Virus record (IMG/VR): IMGVR_UViG_3300013723_000002
Origin: a virus
Length of the DNA stretch: 64,000 nt
Direction: 5' to 3' (one strand)
Under the pieces are notes generated by a model. That model was given only the letters and a program-made list of their open reading frames with translations. It had not been told where the DNA came from and made no database searches. Below are positions 54,212 through 63,593 of this stretch, in pieces (position 1 is the first letter of the stretch; every line of letters starts with the position of its first letter). A program made the position numbers and the translations under genes.

Positions 54212-54240
54212 AAAAAAAAGGGCCTTTACGAAAGGCCCTT
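54212..54240 (-). terminator. terminator after rep
   Basis: AAGGGCCTTT-ACGA-AAGGCCCTT hairpin with an A-run. Confidence 0.65.
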
Positions 54241-54244
54241 ATTC

Positions 54245-55732
54245 TTATCGATAATTAGGGAGATAATCTAACAGATCCGGGAATAAGGACAAGTCACCTG
54301 CTAACCGCTGTAATAAATTTTGTTTTACCTGGGCCGGATCAGTCATACCAATAGGCGCATATTTACTTAAAAAGCCCGCATTTTTAACCAATTCCTCACG
54401 ATCTAATTGTGGTAAGAAGCTAAGTGTATGCCCTGGTGTTTCATTCTTCTTATGAACAATCCGATGTTGCAGCTTTTGTTCTATCATGTTTTTAGCCATA
54501 TCATGGCCAACTAAGGTTTTCCATCTGTCATATTCCGGATGACGAATAATTAGATCATTTGGGATCTCTTTCATGTTGTAAATATAAAAGCCAGGCAAAT
54601 GCAGCTTTGAAAGAATAAAATCTATATCCCAATTCCCGTTTTCATCGGGTAGCGCTGACAGTGTATTGCCATCCCCCCGGATAGCCTTTTTAACTTCGCT
54701 AATTTCTTTAAACTCTGCATCTTCAGGTTCAACCTCTGTATCGTCGTAGCGCAAAGAGGTTCCAGTAGCGCCAAGTGAGTCTAATCGTTCCTCTTCAGTA
54801 GGTGCCTGATTAATATTTTGCGGCGGTATAGGTGGCGGTAGATCCGCTTCATCTATCGGCAAGTGTCCATTACCACTTTCAAGAGATTCAGCTGCTTCCT
54901 GGCTAATGCTAACCTTCTGCTTAACAGTAAATTGATAGCCGCTCAAAATACGGCCCTTACTATTCGGATTAGTAATGTACTGGGCTTCAAAATCAATAAT
55001 TAGATCTGTTTCACGGGCAATAGTTTTGACTGTAGTTTTTAATAACCGTCCAAAATTGCTTGTCGTGGCAAATTGCTTGTCATCAAAAATTCCTAAAGCC
55101 TGGCGCAAGTTTTCCTTTTTCATCTGGAAAACACCCTTATTTTTCCAGGCTACGGCCAGCTCATACATACGAAATTCATAAGGGTTATTTAAGTTACCCA
55201 GGTTCCGGATTTCATAGGTTGAGTAATTGCCTTCCAGGTACTGCAAGAACGGGATAATTTGTGGCGAGAAATAAACCTGGATCAATGCCTCGCCTTCCAC
55301 ATAGCTGCACATCGTTGTCCAGCTTAAATCGTTCAGGCGCTTACTTACTTTAGTTGCGCCCTGGTAATCGTCAATCCAGCTGATTGTCCGTTTACGCAAA
55401 CTCTGAGCTGCTTCAGCTAAAACGCCGTAAGCATTCTGTTTAGTGGTTTTAAAGAAATTAGCATAAGTATTTGCATGAATCGTTACCGGTTCCAATGGGC
55501 TAAACTCAACCTTGGTCTGGTCACGGCGCATAATGACAATAGCCAAGGCAATGATACGCATTTCAGTGAGTGATAGCTCATAAGCTGCGGAAATTAAGCT
55601 ATTGTGCTTAAAGATTTTTTCATAACCCTGTACTTGGTATTCTTGCGGGTCAAGACTCTGCATATACGCCAATGAAGAAAGGTTAGGATCAAATGGCTTT
55701 TTTTCAGCTTCTATTTTAGAGGTTTTAGGCAT
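54245..55732 (-). CDS. rep: Rep_3-family plasmid replication initiator with a long C-terminal extension (495 aa)
   Basis: KHNSLISAAYELSLTEMRIIALAI is a Rep_3 hallmark. An adjacent iteron array is present. Confidence 0.8.
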   Translation of the reverse strand: MPKTSKIEAEKKPFDPNLSSLAYMQSLDPQEYQVQGYEKIFKHNSLISAAYELSLTEMRIIALAIVIMRRDQTKVEFSPLEPVTIHANTYANFFKTTKQNAYGVLAEAAQSLRKRTISWIDDYQGATKVSKRLNDLSWTTMCSYVEGEALIQVYFSPQIIPFLQYLEGNYSTYEIRNLGNLNNPYEFRMYELAVAWKNKGVFQMKKENLRQALGIFDDKQFATTSNFGRLLKTTVKTIARETDLIIDFEAQYITNPNSKGRILSGYQFTVKQKVSISQEAAESLESGNGHLPIDEADLPPPIPPQNINQAPTEEERLDSLGATGTSLRYDDTEVEPEDAEFKEISEVKKAIRGDGNTLSALPDENGNWDIDFILSKLHLPGFYIYNMKEIPNDLIIRHPEYDRWKTLVGHDMAKNMIEQKLQHRIVHKKNETPGHTLSFLPQLDREELVKNAGFLSKYAPIGMTDPAQVKQNLLQRLAGDLSLFPDLLDYLPNYR

Positions 55733-55805
55733 AGCTTAGTTTGAATCCGAAGGTATAGCGTCTTGATTCAAACTAATATAAACACATCTTATAGCTAAAT
55801 CAATA

Positions 55806-55948
55806 CCTATAATTTTATAGTCTAAATATAGGTGAATATAAGATAAACAGAGTAAACTAGCTGAAAAAACCCTAAAACCATGTAAGTTACTTGATCTTAT
55901 CTATTTTTTTATAAGTAAATTTCATATTTTGCCTATATATTTATAGCC
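55806..55948. promoter_or_regulatory. operator palindromes upstream of rep (CCTATAATTTTATAGT at 55806-55821 and GCCTATATATTTATAGCC at 55931-55948)
   Basis: The 55806 site is identical to the core at 42191-42206. A partial iteron, CTTGATTCAAACTA, lies at 55762-55775. Confidence 0.5.
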
Positions 55949-56432
55949 TAATAAATTAATTTTATAGGTTTTGATTGCTTATTTTGCATTCAACTTGTTC
56001 ATTTTTTATATATTTTTCAGTGGTTAATAAAAAAACAATAAATTAATTTAATTAAGTAATTGTTTTTTAGTATTTAATTTTTTGACGTGTAAGTTACTTG
56101 ATTCAAACTAGGCGCATGTAAGTTACTTGATCTGAACTCTTTTTACCCATGTAAGTTACTTGATTCAAACTAGGTACTTTCATGTAAGTTACTTGATTCT
56201 TTCATACTAAATATTTGTTTTTAATAATAAAAAATATCGTCATGTAAGTTACTTGATTCAAACTAAAGCTATTTTTGGCTAAACAATATACTTTTTACAG
56301 TATAAGTTTTTGTTTTATATAAATATTTAAGTAAAAAACCATACTGAGTGTTTTTTAAGCATGTAAGTTACTTGATTCAAACTATGTAAGTTACTTGATT
56401 TAAACTAGGTACTTTCATGTAAGTTACTTGAT
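55881..56432 (+). repeat. oriV iteron array: nine direct copies of TGTAAGTTACTTGAT(TCAAACTA)
   Basis: Cores start at 55881, 56088, 56117, 56150, 56183, 56243, 56362, 56385 and 56418. An AT-rich block at 55950-56080 lies inside the array. Confidence 0.85.
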
Positions 56433-56847
56433 TCACACAAAGCTGGAAAGCCTTGCTACATAAGGCTTTGCCGGGAGCGGAAAAGATATAGTTTAAAAAG
56501 ATATATCTATATAAGATATAGACTCATTACTGATTCATTACCACGGTAAATAATCATTCATAAAAAATGCTACGCATTTTTTATTCATTTACGAAGTTTA
56601 TTTAAAGAAAAAAGACTTAGCTGGCTACGCCAGCTAAGTTTTATCTTTTTAAATTTTTAAATTTTTGTTTTTGTACGATTACATTAAGGACTTCACGACC
56701 AGATCTATAACTTGGATATTCGGTTATTAATTTAAACATCTTGGGATACTTTGATAACTAATAAATCATTTCACCTATAAAAATAGAGTGAATAGCCTAA
56801 GCCTATTATTTGTCCAGTAAGGCAATATTTAAATAAAATCTCTTGAA

Positions 56848-56877
56848 GCTCTATTTTTATAACTATATATTTAGAGC
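56848..56877. promoter_or_regulatory. palindrome upstream of parA (GCTCTA-N18-TAGAGC)
   Basis: GCTCTATTTTTATAACTATATATTTAGAGC, about 65 nt before the parA ATG. Possible par operator. Confidence 0.3.
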
Positions 56878-56943
56878 GTCAGCGTAAAAACACGTTTTCT
56901 CTTTTACGCTTTTTCACTTTAGAGTTTTGAGAATTACAACTTC

Positions 56944-57606
56944 ATGAGTACAGAAAAGAAAAATACAAAATTTATCACTTTGGCCCAGCTCAAGGGTGGA
57001 GTAGGTAAAAGTACCCTGGCTGTCCACATTGCAGGTTTTCTGGCAAACAATGGTCATACTGTCGCGTTACTTGATAGCGATAGCCCACAATATACATCAA
57101 CAAACTGGTACAACATTGGACCAGAAAAAACCAATATTGATCTTGGCCAAGTATCTACTGCTGAAGAGTTAATAGCTGCAGTAAACCACTATGAAGGTAA
57201 AGTGGATTTTGTAGTAACGGATCTCGCGCCACGTTTGGAAGAAATTACAAAAGTCGGTTTGGCCATATCTGATTTTGCCGTAGTACCGGTCAATATGGAT
57301 CTCGTTGAAATATGGGCCTTGGATATTATGCGCGGCCTACTGGTCAAGGCTGCTGAAGATGTGCCCCATTTTAACTATCGTGTCCTGGCCAACAAATTTA
57401 AAACGAATGATCCTGACCACCAGGAACGTTATGAATTGATTAAGTCTGAATTTGGACTTGAACTGTTTGAAACTAAGATTGGCCAGCGTAAAGCTGTTCG
57501 CCAGATGCTTGAACAGGGTAAGACTGTTTTTGAGTCGAAAAACTCTATTGCTAAGAATGAGTTTATGTCCCTGATCAACGAAATTAAAACTATATTGGAA
57601 ATCTAA
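56944..57606 (+). CDS. parA: ParA-family partition ATPase
   Basis: Deviant Walker A, LKGGVGKST. 220 aa. Confidence 0.85.
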   Translation: MSTEKKNTKFITLAQLKGGVGKSTLAVHIAGFLANNGHTVALLDSDSPQYTSTNWYNIGPEKTNIDLGQVSTAEELIAAVNHYEGKVDFVVTDLAPRLEEITKVGLAISDFAVVPVNMDLVEIWALDIMRGLLVKAAEDVPHFNYRVLANKFKTNDPDHQERYELIKSEFGLELFETKIGQRKAVRQMLEQGKTVFESKNSIAKNEFMSLINEIKTILEI

Positions 57607-57608
57607 AC

Positions 57609-57866
57609 ATGAGTATCAAAACACCATCATCACGTGCTGCAGCTGCCCAGTCATTTCTTAAAGAAACAGAACAGCCAGCCCAGGTAATCGAAGTTGAAGA
57701 GGAAAAAAAGCGAATTAATGCCTGGATCGCTATTAGTTTGCATAAGGCTATTAAATCTCATATTCCACATGATGAAGATTTTGACTCTATCACGGATCTG
57801 GTAGAGCACTTGCTAGAAAAGTATGCAATAGAGAAAGGGATCTATACCAAGAAAAAGACCCGATAA
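57609..57866 (+). CDS. small ribbon-helix-helix (ParG-like) partition adaptor
   Basis: 85 aa directly after parA. KRINAWIAISLHKAIK is an RHH beta-strand/helix pattern. Confidence 0.55.
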   Translation: MSIKTPSSRAAAAQSFLKETEQPAQVIEVEEEKKRINAWIAISLHKAIKSHIPHDEDFDSITDLVEHLLEKYAIEKGIYTKKKTR

Positions 57867-57872
57867 TTTTCT

Positions 57873-58571
57873 ATGAAAAAAGCCATAGGTTATGTGCGTG
57901 TTAGTACCGATAAGCAGGCGACTGAAGGCGTATCTATTGAAGCTCAAATAGAGAAGATTAAGGCCTGGGCAATATTCAATGAATATGAGCTGCTGCATAT
58001 CTATAACGATGAAGGTATTTCTGGTGCCTCATTGAATAAACGTGACGGAATGCAGCAAGCCTTATCACAAGTTAAAAAAGGCATGGCTTTTGTTTGCTAT
58101 AGCTTGAGCCGTGTTAGCCGTGATCTTGCTGATACCCTGCACATTAGCCGTACTATTGAAAAAGCTGGCGCGGATCTGGTAAGCCTGAGTGAAAAAATTG
58201 ATACTACAGGCGCCTCCGGAAAAATGGTTTTTAATATGTTCGCCGTACTCAATCAGTTTGAGCGTGACCAGACGGCGGAACGTACCAGATCTGCAATGCA
58301 ATATAAAAAAAAGAATGACCAGGCTTATAGTCCTACACCTTATGGCTATGATCGCCAGGATAAAGAGCTGGTATTAAATCCGATAGAGGCGGCCGTAGTC
58401 GTGGCCATTCAGGATATGGCCCAGGAAGGCAAAGGTTATGCCGAAATAGCCAGGCATTTAAATCAAAATAATATACCGACCAAGACAGGTAAACTGTGGA
58501 GGGCCAATACTGTTTTTTATCTGCTGCAAAGAACAAAAATTACTGCTGATATGCTGACGTCCTTGGAATAA
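57873..58571 (+). CDS. serine recombinase (resolvase/invertase family)
   Basis: MKKAIGYVRVSTDKQ catalytic-serine motif and a C-terminal HTH (GYAEIARHLNQNNIPTKTG). Confidence 0.85.
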   Translation: MKKAIGYVRVSTDKQATEGVSIEAQIEKIKAWAIFNEYELLHIYNDEGISGASLNKRDGMQQALSQVKKGMAFVCYSLSRVSRDLADTLHISRTIEKAGADLVSLSEKIDTTGASGKMVFNMFAVLNQFERDQTAERTRSAMQYKKKNDQAYSPTPYGYDRQDKELVLNPIEAAVVVAIQDMAQEGKGYAEIARHLNQNNIPTKTGKLWRANTVFYLLQRTKITADMLTSLE

Positions 58572-58656
58572 TGAAAAATAGAATCAAAGGTTCGTGTTGA
58601 GTTTTTTCTGTTGAAACAAAACTGGCTTTATTTTTAATATTAAATACGATATATTG

Positions 58657-58680
58657 AATTGTACAGGATTCTGTACAATT
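58657..58680 (+). promoter_or_regulatory. yefM-yoeB operator palindrome
   Basis: AATTGTACA-GGATTC-TGTACAATT. TGTACA cores are known from YefM-YoeB operators. Confidence 0.6.
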
Positions 58681-58703
58681 GATATTTTTAGCTGGGATGA
58701 ACC

Positions 58704-58967
58704 ATGCAAGTATTCACATATTCAGATGCGCGTAACAATCTAAAGACTGTTTTGGATCGTGTTATTGATGATGCAGACGTGGCTATGATTACTCGTAAAG
58801 AAGGACAACACGCGGTTGTAATGGGTCAAGATCATTACAACAGTTTAATGGAAACTTTGCACCTAATGTCATCACCAAGTAATGCAGCACGTTTAGCAAA
58901 ATCTATCGCAGAGTTACGAGCATCTAAAGCAGTCGAAAGAGAACTTTTAGATGAAGCGCAAGACTAG
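58704..58967 (+). CDS. yefM: YefM/Phd-family antitoxin
   Basis: MQVFTYSDARNNLKTVLDRVIDDADVAMITRK... is a typical YefM N-terminus. Confidence 0.9.
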   Translation: MQVFTYSDARNNLKTVLDRVIDDADVAMITRKEGQHAVVMGQDHYNSLMETLHLMSSPSNAARLAKSIAELRASKAVERELLDEAQD

Positions 58968-59214
58968 TTTTACTCCAACCGCCTGGGAAGATTATTTGTA
59001 TTGGCAAGGCCAGGACAAAAAGACCTTAAAACGGATTAATGCCTTGGTAAAAGATTGCCTACGGGAACCATTTGAAGGAATCGGAAAACCTGAACCACTA
59101 CTTGGAGATCTGGCCGGGTTTTGGAGTAGACGTATAGATGAGCAACATCGATTAGTTTACGAAGTCACTGATGCCGCTATTACTATCGTGGCATGTCGTT
59201 ATCACTACCAGTAG
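58951..59214 (+). CDS. yoeB: YoeB/Txe-family toxin (ribosome-dependent mRNA interferase)
   Basis: FTPTAWEDYLYWQ...GIGKPEPL...WSRRIDEQHRLVY...ACRYHY. Overlaps yefM by 17 nt. Confidence 0.9.
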   Translation: MKRKTSFTPTAWEDYLYWQGQDKKTLKRINALVKDCLREPFEGIGKPEPLLGDLAGFWSRRIDEQHRLVYEVTDAAITIVACRYHYQ

Positions 59215-59241
59215 AAAAAGGCCCTCTATAGAGGGCTTCTT
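59215..59241. terminator. terminator between yoeB and the convergent gene
   Basis: AAGGCCCTCTA-TAGAGGGCTT. Confidence 0.6.
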
Positions 59242-59248
59242 AATAAGA

Positions 59249-59665
59249 CTACTTAAAAATAGCTTTTAGATCTTCAATGTATTCCAAGTTTTCCTTATTT
59301 TTTTCATTTACAGCCTGAGTCATATATTTAATTATACAGTTTCCCCAAGCTTTAGTTTTGTCATCACGTATTGACGAATAAGGCTCTATATTTAATTGCT
59401 CACGACACTTTTCTTTATAGTAGTAGTCGAGATTTAATAACAGGTTATAGTTTACTTCCGCTTCTTTTAATCCTGCAGTTGGTATACCGGTGGCTTTTTC
59501 GTCCTCAGCCACATCTTCAGCTGTTAGAAAGGTTGCACAGAAGGTACCTTTGTCATTGCAATAATCATAGATCAGTGTTGGAGGTTGTTTAGCTGCATCT
59601 GCACATACAACATGAGTACAAGCAGACAAAACGAGAGCCACTACAATTTTTCTCATTCTTATCAA
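59249..59665 (-). CDS. putative lipoprotein/secreted Cys-rich protein (138 aa)
   Basis: Signal peptide with an LSAC lipobox-like site. Confidence 0.5.
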   Translation of the reverse strand: MIRMRKIVVALVLSACTHVVCADAAKQPPTLIYDYCNDKGTFCATFLTAEDVAEDEKATGIPTAGLKEAEVNYNLLLNLDYYYKEKCREQLNIEPYSSIRDDKTKAWGNCIIKYMTQAVNEKNKENLEYIEDLKAIFK

Positions 59666-60151
59666 TCCTAACTAGCATTTTGAATATTAGAGCGGAAATA
59701 TAAATTTAAGAAAGACAAAATGATGACTTTTTATTCATTTATCCATTCACAAGGGAGCGGTTGTGAATGGAAAATACAAAATAAATTGCGTAAATCGGCC
59801 GTGGAACGTTTTTTACTGTTTCATAATCGCCGCCAAAAGCTAAATTTCAGCTCAAGGCAGTTTTATAATCATTAATTCAGTTATTGAAAATAATTTAATT
59901 ATTTAAAGTGATCCAGTCTCTAACGTATGGTTTAAGGTGAGCATCAAGATGAAAAATTATTTTAAAACAGAGCCAGATAAAAGTTAAAAATCTGTAGGAT
60001 ATTATGTAGATAATATATATATTACATAAGATATACTGTAAGAATGTGCCAGACTTTATGTTAAGTACATAATCAGAAATCTCTTTATTTAGGCGCTTCT
60101 CATAGCATCTATTATTTCAATTTATAAGATTATTAGTCCGGAATTCTAATT

Positions 60152-60892
60152 ATGGAAATATGGAAAGATTGCTGGAGCTGCAAAAACGAAACTCCTCAAG
60201 AAAGAATATACTTTAAGATTTTTCCAAGACCAGTAGAAGGTTTTATAAAAGATCCAAGAACTGGTCTAGCTATTAGCTTCTGGACTATTTCTATAGATAC
60301 ATATCAATTCAGTGAATGCAGAAAGTGTAAAGCTCCCATCTTGCATATAGATGTATACAAGATAAAAACTAATAAAGAAAATATAGAGAAACTGGCTGAT
60401 AATATTAAAGAGTTACACTCGGCTATAGAAATTAATGGTAGTTGCAAGAGTTATGACTATGAAAGTTTTTCATATCCTAATTTTGATACAGGCCCTTTAA
60501 AAGAAAAGAAGTGGTCTTTTAATTTACCAGAAGAAGATATGATACTTTATTTCGAAGTTATATCAGCATGGGATAAAGGGCTATTTATATTGGCACTATC
60601 GGGTATCAGAACTTTAGTTGACAGATATATAGTTAAAAAAATTGGGGATATAGGTAATTTTAAAGATAAATTAAAGAAGATGCTTGTAGAGCAACATATC
60701 AATCAGCAGCAATATAATTTACTAGGCACTGTAATCGAGGCTGGGAACGCTGCAGGACACAGAGGTTTTAAACCAGACAAAGAAATGTTAGATAATTTAC
60801 TGATGGTCGTTGAAGATATAATGTCTTTAGAGTATAGAACTTTAAATTTCGATGAATATAAAAAAAGTATTCCAAAAAGAGTTAAAAAATAG
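60152..60892 (+). CDS. zinc-ribbon plus DUF4145 (HEPN-like) domain protein
   Basis: N-terminal CWSC...CRKC. The C-terminal LSGIRTLVDRYI...VIEAGNAAGHRG matches the GNxAAH core I associate with DUF4145. AT-rich. Confidence 0.5.
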   Translation: MEIWKDCWSCKNETPQERIYFKIFPRPVEGFIKDPRTGLAISFWTISIDTYQFSECRKCKAPILHIDVYKIKTNKENIEKLADNIKELHSAIEINGSCKSYDYESFSYPNFDTGPLKEKKWSFNLPEEDMILYFEVISAWDKGLFILALSGIRTLVDRYIVKKIGDIGNFKDKLKKMLVEQHINQQQYNLLGTVIEAGNAAGHRGFKPDKEMLDNLLMVVEDIMSLEYRTLNFDEYKKSIPKRVKK

Positions 60893-60971
60893 ATTTTTTT
60901 CCTTTTATATCAATTAGTTTTCATAACTGCACTTATCTTTTTTTAAGGATTATTAAGTTTCATCTTATTTA

Positions 60972-61830
60972 GGGCGTGTTGAACATTGGGTATAAATTAA
61001 TGGCAAAAAAAATAGCGAACGGTTAATCTTTAAGTTCTCACACAAAAAAGATATCGTTCGCTATGCCTCGCACCATGCTCAAAGATGAACACTGGACAAG
61101 ACTGAAACCTATATTACTAGAACTTAATATCTATGACAAAGGAAATCTTAGACAAACGGTTGAAGGCGTGCTTTATCGCATGCGTGTTGGCTGTCCTTGG
61201 CGCGACTTACCCGAGTATTTTGGCAAGCCTAATACCATCTATAAAGCTTCCCAGCGCTGGTTTCGCAGTAATAAGCTGATTGCATTATTTACGTTACTGA
61301 TCAAAGACGCAGACCTTGAGTGGGTCTTTATCGATGGCACTCATATTAAAGCGCATCAGCACAGCAATGGAGGCAACGAGAACCTACAATCCATTAGCAA
61401 AAGTGTGGCAGGCCGCGCGACCAAGATTCACTTAGCAGTTGATGCTCATGGCAATCCGATTATCTTTCTTTTATCAGATGGCACAACCCACGATGTCAAA
61501 GTCGCACCTGATTTAATAGATAAGGTTAATTTGAGCGATACAGAGGTTTTATGTGCCGATAAAGGCTATGATTCTGATGCACTACGAGCCCATATTGAAC
61601 AAGCAGGGACGCATAATAACATCCCTCGAAAACGAAACACTCAGTCTTCTAACGACCATATGGACTGGGACTTGTATAAAGCCAGGCATCTAGTAGAAAA
61701 TGCTTTCGCTAAGCTAAAACAGTATAGGGCGGTTGCCACCAGATTTGATAAGCTCAAGCAGAGTTATGAAAATACGGTCGCTCTTGCTTGTGCTTATATC
61801 TGGCTCAAATTATGAATGTTCAACAGGCTC
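60972..61830 (+). mobile_element. second, diverged IS5-family insertion sequence (~859 bp)
   Basis: Inverted repeats GGGCGTGTTGAACATT and (reverse complement) GAGCCTGTTGAACATT. TA on both flanks. Confidence 0.8.
61063..61815 (+). CDS. tnp: IS5-family DDE transposase (250 aa)
   Basis: Collinear with 8483..9229 (MPRTML.D.HW..LK, GCPWRDLP, ADKGYDS, HLVENAFAKLKQYR) but clearly diverged from it. Confidence 0.85.
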   Translation: MPRTMLKDEHWTRLKPILLELNIYDKGNLRQTVEGVLYRMRVGCPWRDLPEYFGKPNTIYKASQRWFRSNKLIALFTLLIKDADLEWVFIDGTHIKAHQHSNGGNENLQSISKSVAGRATKIHLAVDAHGNPIIFLLSDGTTHDVKVAPDLIDKVNLSDTEVLCADKGYDSDALRAHIEQAGTHNNIPRKRNTQSSNDHMDWDLYKARHLVENAFAKLKQYRAVATRFDKLKQSYENTVALACAYIWLKL

Positions 61831-61965
61831 TAGTTATAACTTCCAAACTTTAAATTAATTGAGTAGAACGCACTGCCTTACACAATAACGCTTTATACTT
61901 TTCTATTGTCATGTTCAAATAAAACTGATTAAAAATAATCTGATCATAACAAAGGTACTTAACCT

Positions 61966-62784
61966 ATGATAATGAATAAAAACGTGAATAATAAATGGCA
62001 TGCTGACCCATTTTTTCAACAAGCCACCCACACAAGACAGATGTCACAAGGTGAGGCTCAGCTGCCTATTAAGTACTTTGATGCGTCAAGCCTGATTGCT
62101 TTTTTTATGGTCGATTATGACAAAGCAGTCAGTGTATTGGACAATCCAAAGTTAAAGGTTGCTAAGCTTATAGGCAATAAAGCGTTATTTAGTCTAGCTT
62201 TCTATGATTATCGTGAATTAACTGATGGCGAGCCTTATCACGAAGTTGCATCAAGTATGCTTGTCTATCCTGCAGACCAAGACACACCGACTCATCCATT
62301 GGTGGAAATGACATTACCACCAGATCGACGCAATACCGGCATGTGGGTTTGTGATTTACCGGTAACCACCGAAGTTGCGTGTCGTGCAGGTAAAGAATTA
62401 TGGGGCTACCCGAAATTCGTCACCGATATTGATTTTAATTTAGACAATAAGGATTTTAGTAGTTCTGTCAAACATCCAGAGAATCCTCAAACATCAATCT
62501 TGTCATTATCAGGTACGATCGGCGCATCAGTTACCGCACCTTGGGCAGACTTAGTTTTATATTCAATGTTAAATGATGCGTTAATACGGGCAACCGCAGA
62601 TACACGTACATTAAATGGCGCTAAAATTGCCACTAAAGGTGATCTTAAGCTAAGTGTTGATACAACGAACAGTCACCCAATGGCACAAAGGCTCAATAGT
62701 CTTGAGTTAAATGGTGCGACGCCTTTTTCAGTCACCTTTACTGATAGCTTGCAATTGCGTTTAAATGAAGGCGTAATTTTTTGA
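61966..62784 (+). CDS. acetoacetate decarboxylase (ADC)-like family protein
   Basis: PIKYFDASSLIAFF...F.DY....GEPYHEV...GKELWGYPKF pattern. Recognised from memory only. Confidence 0.45.
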   Translation: MIMNKNVNNKWHADPFFQQATHTRQMSQGEAQLPIKYFDASSLIAFFMVDYDKAVSVLDNPKLKVAKLIGNKALFSLAFYDYRELTDGEPYHEVASSMLVYPADQDTPTHPLVEMTLPPDRRNTGMWVCDLPVTTEVACRAGKELWGYPKFVTDIDFNLDNKDFSSSVKHPENPQTSILSLSGTIGASVTAPWADLVLYSMLNDALIRATADTRTLNGAKIATKGDLKLSVDTTNSHPMAQRLNSLELNGATPFSVTFTDSLQLRLNEGVIF

Positions 62785-62910
62785 TTGATGATTTGAACTT
62801 CAAAAATCTGCTTACAGTAAATTTTTTTAAGGAGCAATTCAATAATCAATTAACTCCTTCTACTTTAATGCTAACATGCTTACTTAAACAATCAGACTCA
62901 TAATATCTAT

Positions 62911-62938
62911 TGTTCGCATAACGGGCGTTATGACAAAT
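62911..62938 (+). promoter_or_regulatory. pdif-like XerC/XerD site
   Basis: TGTTCGCATAA-CGGGCG-TTATGACAAAT, compared with the Acinetobacter pdif pattern ATTTCGYATAA-N6-TTATGTTAAWT. Confidence 0.4.
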
Positions 62939-63150
62939 GACTTCAATTAGAACGGTAATCATCCCAAGTATCAGACCCTTATCTAATAGAATTAAGTTGC
63001 ATACCACTCTTTGAGCCGGTAGTGAGAAGTCAATTACTTTTTAACAGACGGTATACCCCAAAGGAACCACTTAAAAAGCCTCTTAGGCCTATTAATAGGC
63101 TACCTAAAACAGACCAATATAAGAGAACCACTTATAATAAACTGCTAGCC

Positions 63151-63593
63151 TTAATACTCTAAATAATCCCTGATTGGACGTTTCTTAAATTGAGAAGCGT
63201 CTTTTTTAAGGCGATTAACCATCTCAAACTCCCATCCTTGCTGCGACTGTCCAGCTGGGCTAGTCGGACTTACTAAATGATTGTATTCTGCCATAAAAGC
63301 AGGATTGCGAACGATACGTCCTAGCTGTTTATCATTTAAACCCTCAACTGTGAACATATCAGCAGTATCAACATCACGCAACTTACTTGTTTTTTCTGTT
63401 TTAGTTTTCAGTTTCTCATGAACTACAAACTTAAAGCCTGTAATTGTCCTACCTTTTTTCACCTGCGTATAACTGACTTTAATATCTGATTTTTCATTAA
63501 TTTCTTTAACAGCAAGGTCTAATACTCTTAGTTTAAAGTTACCCATACGCTTGTATTCATGATCTTCTATACCTAACTGGTCTCTGAACTTGT
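63151..63593 (-). pseudogene. 5'-truncated Rep_3-family replication initiator gene
   Basis: The C-terminal half (…LGIEDHEYKRMGNFKLRVLDLAVKEINEKSDIKV…) reads through to the IS remnant junction at 63593/63594. The N-terminal half is missing. Confidence 0.65.

Noticed and set aside
55881-56432. Array of nine direct repeats that could superficially resemble a CRISPR array.
   Set aside because: The repeats are 15-23 bp with very irregular spacing; some are adjacent and others ~190 bp apart. There are no cas genes. The array abuts a Rep_3 initiator and an AT-rich block, so these are iterons of oriV.
60050-60075. TTATGTTAAGT, which resembles the XerD half of a pdif site.
   Set aside because: No XerC-like half-site (ATTTCGYATAA) lies 6 nt upstream. 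The local palindrome TTATGT...ACATAA has the wrong geometry.
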